Source: Salisapilia sapeloensis CBS 127946 (taxonomy: Eukaryota; Protista; Oomycota). Taken from it: 64,000 nucleotides of DNA. The stretch's first letter is position 1. Every line of letters begins with the position of its first letter. The position numbers and the translations under genes are program-made. The DNA is taken from contig JAADVB010000019.1 in the NCBI GenBank assembly GCA_023334545.1, forward strand, positions 1 to 64,000. Reading direction: 5' to 3'. This document shows, in pieces, positions 58,199 to 64,000 of the stretch. The notes under the pieces are model-generated. The model was not told the DNA's origin. It worked only from the letters and a program-made list of their open reading frames with translations, and made no database searches.

Positions 58199-59479
58199 AT
58201 GCCTTCCTCTCCGTCGGCACTAATCATAACTTCTGTCATGGACACCACGAGAACCCCGCGAACGGCTTTTATGTCGAAACCTCGACATCATGCTTCTGGA
58301 GATTGCTCGAGCGAAAATGAAGAAAACCAGGTGATGCCATTTAATATGGATGAAGAGTTTGTGGAGGAACGGTGGATGCGGAATTTAAAAGATGAACCGC
58401 CGAACTCAAGTTGGGATGGAAAGCGGGCAAAGAAAAGTGGTAGAAGCACAAATCAAGTTCAATCAATTGGAGGAAAAGAGTTAGATGCAGCATTGTCAAA
58501 GGACGTACAACCCATTTCTAAGCTTAATCATTTACAGCTAGATGAAAAGGAAAGTAAAAACATGGATGATCGCAATAGTTCTTGTACGGAGAGTGTAGAT
58601 GGGAGTAGCACCAAAGGTTCTGGTCGCCGTGATGATGAGAATTCACTAAACGAAGCAAAAGAAGAGATATCTGCTCTCGAGAAAAGCATTGTCCACAGTG
58701 TTTCACCACGTTTGGCTCCACCTCCATTGCGTCGTCGTACTAGTCTTATCGATTGGTGCAACATGTCAAAAGTCGAAGTTGTTCCAGGATCAGAGCACGA
58801 CCGTATCTTAGGAACCATTGAACGCCAGAAATCAATGCTAAGTACTCGGTTCTACTTTTACGTTCAAGATCAGCTGATCTTAATGGCTGAAAGACACATG
58901 CTAAAGAATCGTAATCCAACCTATCGACTGTTTGATATGACGAGAAACATCGCGGGCATGAGCGGGAAATTATCGAAGAAAAGTGGCAACTACATGGGCA
59001 AGCTAATTACTAGTATATCTGGTAAGGAGTGCGTTTTACGTAGTGGTGAGAAGAAGGAAATGGCCGCGGTTGTCTTTGAGCGCACTGATCATCCTTCTGA
59101 CCCTAGGAAGATGAGTGCAATTCTGCCTATTAACGGTATCTACGATGTACCGAGGCGAAACTACCTCGCCGATGAAGATGAAGAGCTCTTTTCGAGTCTC
59201 ATCGATCGAAAAATTTATTTGAATGAAGACATTTTATTAATGAAGAACAAACAACCAACTTTCGAAAAAGGTTGCTACCGTCTCGACTTTAATGGCAGAG
59301 TATCGATGCCTTCTGTGAAGAACTTTCAACTCTTTAAGCCACCTCAATTGTCGGATGAGACAGAAGAAGTTTGTTTGCTCTTCGGTAAAGTGTCGGAAAC
59401 ACAGTTCCATCTCGACTTTAGCTCGCCGCTTGGTCCTCTACAAGCTTTCTCCATTGCTTTGGCTCAATTTAACCTGTAA
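58199..59479 (+). CDS. Tubby C-terminal domain protein
   Basis: NKQP.F..GCYRLDFNGRVSMPSVKNFQL, LLFGKV....FHLDFSSPLGPLQAFSIALAQF at the extreme C-terminus. Confidence 0.9.
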   Translation: MPSSPSALIITSVMDTTRTPRTAFMSKPRHHASGDCSSENEENQVMPFNMDEEFVEERWMRNLKDEPPNSSWDGKRAKKSGRSTNQVQSIGGKELDAALSKDVQPISKLNHLQLDEKESKNMDDRNSSCTESVDGSSTKGSGRRDDENSLNEAKEEISALEKSIVHSVSPRLAPPPLRRRTSLIDWCNMSKVEVVPGSEHDRILGTIERQKSMLSTRFYFYVQDQLILMAERHMLKNRNPTYRLFDMTRNIAGMSGKLSKKSGNYMGKLITSISGKECVLRSGEKKEMAAVVFERTDHPSDPRKMSAILPINGIYDVPRRNYLADEDEELFSSLIDRKIYLNEDILLMKNKQPTFEKGCYRLDFNGRVSMPSVKNFQLFKPPQLSDETEEVCLLFGKVSETQFHLDFSSPLGPLQAFSIALAQFNL

Positions 59480-59926
59480 AAGCTTGTAGAAAGAGAGAAA
59501 ACCGATTACACGAACTAATAAATCCATTTTATTCTCTTCCTCTTTTTAGTACAATAAAAAAGTTCCTTTACCCATTCTCGCTTTCATCAAATTTTACCCA
59601 TCGATGTTGTGTGCTACAACAGCTTTGTACTTGATCTTAAATAAAACTAAATGTATCAAATTAATTTGCTTGAATGGGAGTTAGCAACAGATTTGGCTTA
59701 TAAAAGTCGGATGGAAGCTCGTGCTAGCTTCCAAGTTGCTTACCAGCAATCGAAATGACTAACATCTTTCATAATTCTACGGCATATAAGTCAGTTATGA
59801 ACAAATGACGCTGTATTAAACGTACTCTGGATGAAACCTAGAATCAATATTCGTTTTGCTTTCAATTCTTAATTTGATTATCGACACGTAAGAACCCGAT
59901 GGCATGTGGCCATTTATAACAGAGTT

Positions 59927-62053
59927 CTAGTAATCTGACTCAGTCGACCCTTTGTTAGCGTTTTCGCTTTGATCCACAACATAAGCTTTGCTGCTGTCCG
60001 ATACATCACTCGAGTCTCCAACGTACGCTTCATTGGATTCACTTTCTGCGCCCTTGGTAGGAGGTTTCGTCTGATAGTCATCTTCACCCTCAGCTGACTC
60101 GGATCTGTTATCATATGCATCTTCAGAACTGGAATTAGCGTCGAGTTCTTCACTATCTTCAGATCCTACGCTCTTTCGAGAGTCACCAGCACTCATCTCA
60201 TCAGCATCCGAAGACTCGTCTCTTTCAGCATCCGACACCTTGCCATAATCCCCCTTATTACGATTATCTTCCGTCTTCGACGAGCTATGTTCGTCAGATC
60301 CGTCAGATCCGTCATCTCGGTCCTCATCATATTCTTCAGGTTCCTCATCAATGCTTTCATCACCCACTGCACGTTGACTACTGGCTGATTCGCTAGCATC
60401 GCCTTTGGAGGATTCATTTCTAGCGTCGGAGCCAGATACCATGTCATCCGGAAGTTCAATCGACTGTGGATTATGGAAGACATCTTCAGGGTCATACACA
60501 CCTTTGATCTTACGAAGGAGATTATAATTGTCACCATAGTATGCTTCGCCATACTTGTCTCCAATGTCCAGATCAGGATAGTTCTGGTAATTATCCTTTA
60601 AAATACCCTTCTCGATCAAGTCGTCGTAAAAGTTTGTTGCCCACTTGATATTTGCTTCGTTTTCCGTGCTTACAATGATCTGAATGGAAATCTTGGCATC
60701 CCGATGAGACCATGGCGTCATGTCATTTGGTTGCTCTGAGAACTTGCCACCGTACGACTCAAATTGCGCAGTGCCAAAATTAGCACCAGGCATCGACTCG
60801 ATCCATTCCACAACTTGAGAAATTTGATCTTCATCAAGTAACTTGTAGCCGTAACCGGACTTATTGCGGGAACTCCCACGGTCTTTATCCGTCAGCCGAG
60901 CTTTACGATCCAGGTCTTCCGAGTCCTCACAAGTCTGAGCCCAATTAAACTGCTTGGTACCGACTAGCGAGCAATCGTTGGTATCAGCAAAATGCTTTTC
61001 TCGAGCACAGTCGAGTAGACCAGACTCTTCAATGAGTTCCTTCGTCTTGGACTTGGAAGCCAGCATTTGGCCATTTATCGATGCACTGCCGTTGGTGCCA
61101 CCATCCAAGTTCAATTGCGTCGTCATTTTCTTGTCAGCATCGTAAAAGTAATCCATCCACTTCTTTAACACTTCTTCACGGTCCTTCGCATCATAATAAA
61201 GACTGAAGACGGTGATGGTTGGTATCTTGTACACATAGAGATAGTACTCGAGAACGATACCGAACGACCCAGCGCCACCACCACGCATAGCCCAGAACAA
61301 GTCAGAGTTCATGTCTTTCTTGGCATTGACCACAGTGCCATTCGCGAGCACCATACGGAAGCCTGCGACCTGGTCAGCCGCAAGACCAAAGTATCGACTC
61401 ATCATTCCGTAGCCACCTCCAGAGATGTGACCTCCGAGACCAATGCCCGGGCAGGTGCCACCATTGAAGTTGAAGCCTTCTTCAGCAATCACAGTGTACA
61501 AGTGTCCAAGACGGGTGCCAGCACCGGCGCGAACGAAGGCGACGCTTTTGTCGTCATTGTACTGTTTAAACTCGACGCTGTTCATCTCGGAGACGTCGAT
61601 AACAACAGATCCAGGCAGAGAGGAAAAACCCTCATACGAGTGTCCACCAGATCGAGGGACCGGTTGCACTTCGTTCTTCTCAGCACACTTAACAGCACTA
61701 ACAACTTGCTCTTCATTCTTCGCGAATAGGACGATAGCAGGGGTATTATTACGATAGGTCTTGGCACCCATTGCATTGGCACTAAAGTCGCCATCGCCTT
61801 CCTGAATTATCTCTGGCAAGTCGTCGCCACAATTATCTTGGATACAATCAATGAAGGACTTGATGTTGGCAAGTCCAGAATCTTCAGCATGTACTGTACC
61901 AGCGACATCTTCAAAGGAATCAAGGGAAGATCTTGAGCTGCCATCGTTGTTGAAAGCATTAACCATGATCTCCTTTGCAGTCTCGCCGAACGCACCGCCG
62001 AAGCGAGAAAGAATGAGCGTAGTGTAGAGAGTGAGGAGTTTAAAGGAAACCAT
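59927..62053 (-). CDS. Secreted FAD-linked oxidase, berberine-bridge-enzyme-like / AA7, with long acidic C-terminal tail
   Basis: Signal peptide MVSFKLLTLYTTLILS. Motifs RSGGHSYEG, GTCPGIGLGGHISGGGYG, DLFWAMRGGGAGSFGIV, and BBE C-domain NYQNYPD...YYGDNY..L..IK..YDPEDVFHNPQSI. Intronless. Confidence 0.93.
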   Translation of the reverse strand: MVSFKLLTLYTTLILSRFGGAFGETAKEIMVNAFNNDGSSRSSLDSFEDVAGTVHAEDSGLANIKSFIDCIQDNCGDDLPEIIQEGDGDFSANAMGAKTYRNNTPAIVLFAKNEEQVVSAVKCAEKNEVQPVPRSGGHSYEGFSSLPGSVVIDVSEMNSVEFKQYNDDKSVAFVRAGAGTRLGHLYTVIAEEGFNFNGGTCPGIGLGGHISGGGYGMMSRYFGLAADQVAGFRMVLANGTVVNAKKDMNSDLFWAMRGGGAGSFGIVLEYYLYVYKIPTITVFSLYYDAKDREEVLKKWMDYFYDADKKMTTQLNLDGGTNGSASINGQMLASKSKTKELIEESGLLDCAREKHFADTNDCSLVGTKQFNWAQTCEDSEDLDRKARLTDKDRGSSRNKSGYGYKLLDEDQISQVVEWIESMPGANFGTAQFESYGGKFSEQPNDMTPWSHRDAKISIQIIVSTENEANIKWATNFYDDLIEKGILKDNYQNYPDLDIGDKYGEAYYGDNYNLLRKIKGVYDPEDVFHNPQSIELPDDMVSGSDARNESSKGDASESASSQRAVGDESIDEEPEEYDEDRDDGSDGSDEHSSSKTEDNRNKGDYGKVSDAERDESSDADEMSAGDSRKSVGSEDSEELDANSSSEDAYDNRSESAEGEDDYQTKPPTKGAESESNEAYVGDSSDVSDSSKAYVVDQSENANKGSTESDY

Positions 62054-62072
62054 CCTTATCCTCACGAATGGG

Positions 62073-62089
62073 GGCAAATTTATAAATGA
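62073..62089 (-). promoter_or_regulatory. INR/FPR-like element of the BBE-like oxidase gene
   Basis: Minus-strand TCATTTATAAATTTGCC has one mismatch to the core consensus and lies about 20 bp upstream of ATG 62053. Confidence 0.55.
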
Positions 62090-63378
62090 AGACTGGTAAC
62101 TTAAACTGCGTACTCGTTTCCACGTCAACTGGCCCAGATGATATTAATCGATGACGTGTAAGGATGCAGCCAGCAAGGATGACTTCATACCAAGCAGGAT
62201 ACAAGTATAAATAATGCCATCCGACGTCGACAACGGACGACAGTGAGCTGTCAATGACGGATTGTGCTTCCATTCTGACTAATTCGGGAAGAGTAAACAC
62301 ATAATGCATCTGGGCAAGTTTTGGCACAATATGATAATGCATCTAACTTCAAACGCAGCGTGCACACATGCGAAAATAATAGACCAGATCTATAGAGAAC
62401 ATGGAGACATAAAATTTACTTATCATCCTTGGAAATCTGTCAGCAAGGCTCACAGCTAGACTAAAGGACCTTCTATCTTCTCCTTGGTCTATTATATTGA
62501 AAGATGACAGGGATAATGTAACCAGACGAGAATCGATACGGATACAATTGAAGCTCGCTCTACGGCTCATTACATTCACCAGGAGTTGATTTATCTTAAC
62601 ACATATTTGACACAACAACATATTCTCCAGCTTCCAAGAAGGATGTCGTTGCGCAAGCGTGCAGGTTTAATTAGTGTCTCACACTTTTAGTGGGCTGCTG
62701 AGGAACCTCGTGAGTCCAATCATCGCCATTCACTGCGCAGGCTTCGTTTAAATGGTATTGACGGTTAAAACGGTCTATAAATAAGCATCGAGGCTGAAGC
62801 TGTTGCTGAAGATTGCAACAAAGAAGAAGGGTTCTATCCTAGAAATCACAACGCCACCACTGCTGCCTAGAGAAAACTGAGTCGTCCATTGCATCTTTCA
62901 ATAGCTAGATTACAGGTAGTGATTTCTCATTCGGAAACTCCTGCTGTGCAGACTATAGTATGACTTATTTTCTTACTTGACTTGCTTGATCGTTAGTTGG
63001 AAAGCAAGTCAGCTGGATTATCAGGAAAGGATACATGCATAGTGTTAAAAAGGTGGACTGTCAAGGGCATGCGATGATTTGGGAGACATGCCCATTCTCT
63101 TGATGGACTCGGCTGGGTTACTACTGTAGAGAGTGCAAACTTGTGCTCTTGAGATATTTAACAAACAAAAGCAACATCAAAAGGAATATATTATTGTCAA
63201 GAAACTTGCTGCCAAAAACGTAGTGCAATACTTCAGAAGCAGCTACAGCTCTTCTTCTGACTGGTCAGCATCATGTTCGTGGAGGTGAAAGCCTCGTTCG
63301 TAGACTTCACAGATCACGAGCTTCAGATAATATTGCACAACGCTGCATTGCTGCAGGGTTTTCTTTTTTAATATGCTT

Positions 63379-63815
63379 CTAAGTAACACTCTTTCGCAGC
63401 TTTTGCCACGTTTTCGAAATCATTTCACTCTGCTGGACGTGCATCTGCTCTTGTTCAGCACGCACCTTCCTCAGTTGGTCGAGTATCTTTTATGCTTTAC
63501 ACGTATCTCTTTCTGCAGAGCATGCACCTCCTTCAGCTCATCACGTATCTCTTTCAGCTCAATGTGCATGTCGTTCTGCGAAACACTCATCGCATCCAGA
63601 TGACCACGCACCACACCTTGTTAGATACTCATTTCGCCCTGCAAAGTACTCATTTCATTCTATAGAGCATGCAGCTTGCTCTTTTGGGTGCTATTATTCT
63701 CCGTTAGGGTCTACATCCCATTCGTTTCAAAGACTTTGCCGTAAACCGACGCACACATATTCCAGGTCGCGCCAGCTGCTGCTTTTTGCGTTTCCAGTGC
63801 TTCTAGCATACGCTT
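63379..63815 (-). pseudogene. Degenerate coiled-coil (heptad repeat) gene with two nonsense codons and a frameshift
   Basis: The frame reads KLHAL*NEMSTLQGEMSI*QGVV...ELKEIRDELKEVHALQKEI with TAG at 63660-62 and TAA at 63621-23. After a frameshift near the T run at 63488-91 it continues KILDQLRKVRAEQEQM...SVT*. Confidence 0.6.
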
Positions 63816-64000
63816 TCACTCTGCTGACGATGACTGTGTGCTATAATTTTAATGGCGTAGAGGAAACAAGGATGAATTACTAGTCCCTGTGTTTGTAGTA
63901 ACATCGTCGACATTGCCACCTTCGTTTCTCTGTCCATATGAGAATCGAAAACTACGAGGCACGTTCACTCTTCTCTTCTTATCTCCTCCATCTAGCTTGT

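Overview
This is eukaryotic, gene-dense DNA, almost certainly from an oomycete (stramenopile). The evidence is short GT-AG introns of about 50-80 nt, TCATT-Y-B-NNN-W-TT-Y (INR/FPR) core promoters 23-37 bp upstream of several ATGs, and oomycete-type families (START-FYVE-GAF, C-x6-C-x15-C-x2-H proteins, tandem Tudor repeats). I can support about 26 protein-coding genes plus two probable pseudogenes. I see no rRNA, tRNA, CRISPR array or intact transposon. Housekeeping genes include uridine phosphorylase, a Na+/H+ exchanger, an EEP nuclease, a UCH deubiquitinase, oligopeptidase B, myosin, ALG7, a PGAM-family phosphatase and a Tubby protein. The most striking item is an AGC kinase built as PH-PH-PH, Zn ribbon, Arb2/FAM172A-like domain, kinase, which could link phosphoinositide signalling to Argonaute or chromatin machinery. 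Also notable are a 21-kb stretch with four intronless secreted carbohydrate-active enzymes (2x GH5, GH17 with an unnamed 6-Cys module, and a bicovalent-FAD BBE/AA7 oxidase) around an uncharacterised 7-TM protein, a PNUTS-like Tudor/TFIIS-N protein with a SILK motif, and an N-myristoylation-motif globin. All domain calls come from motif recognition by eye; no database searches were run, and some exon boundaries and start codons are approximate.
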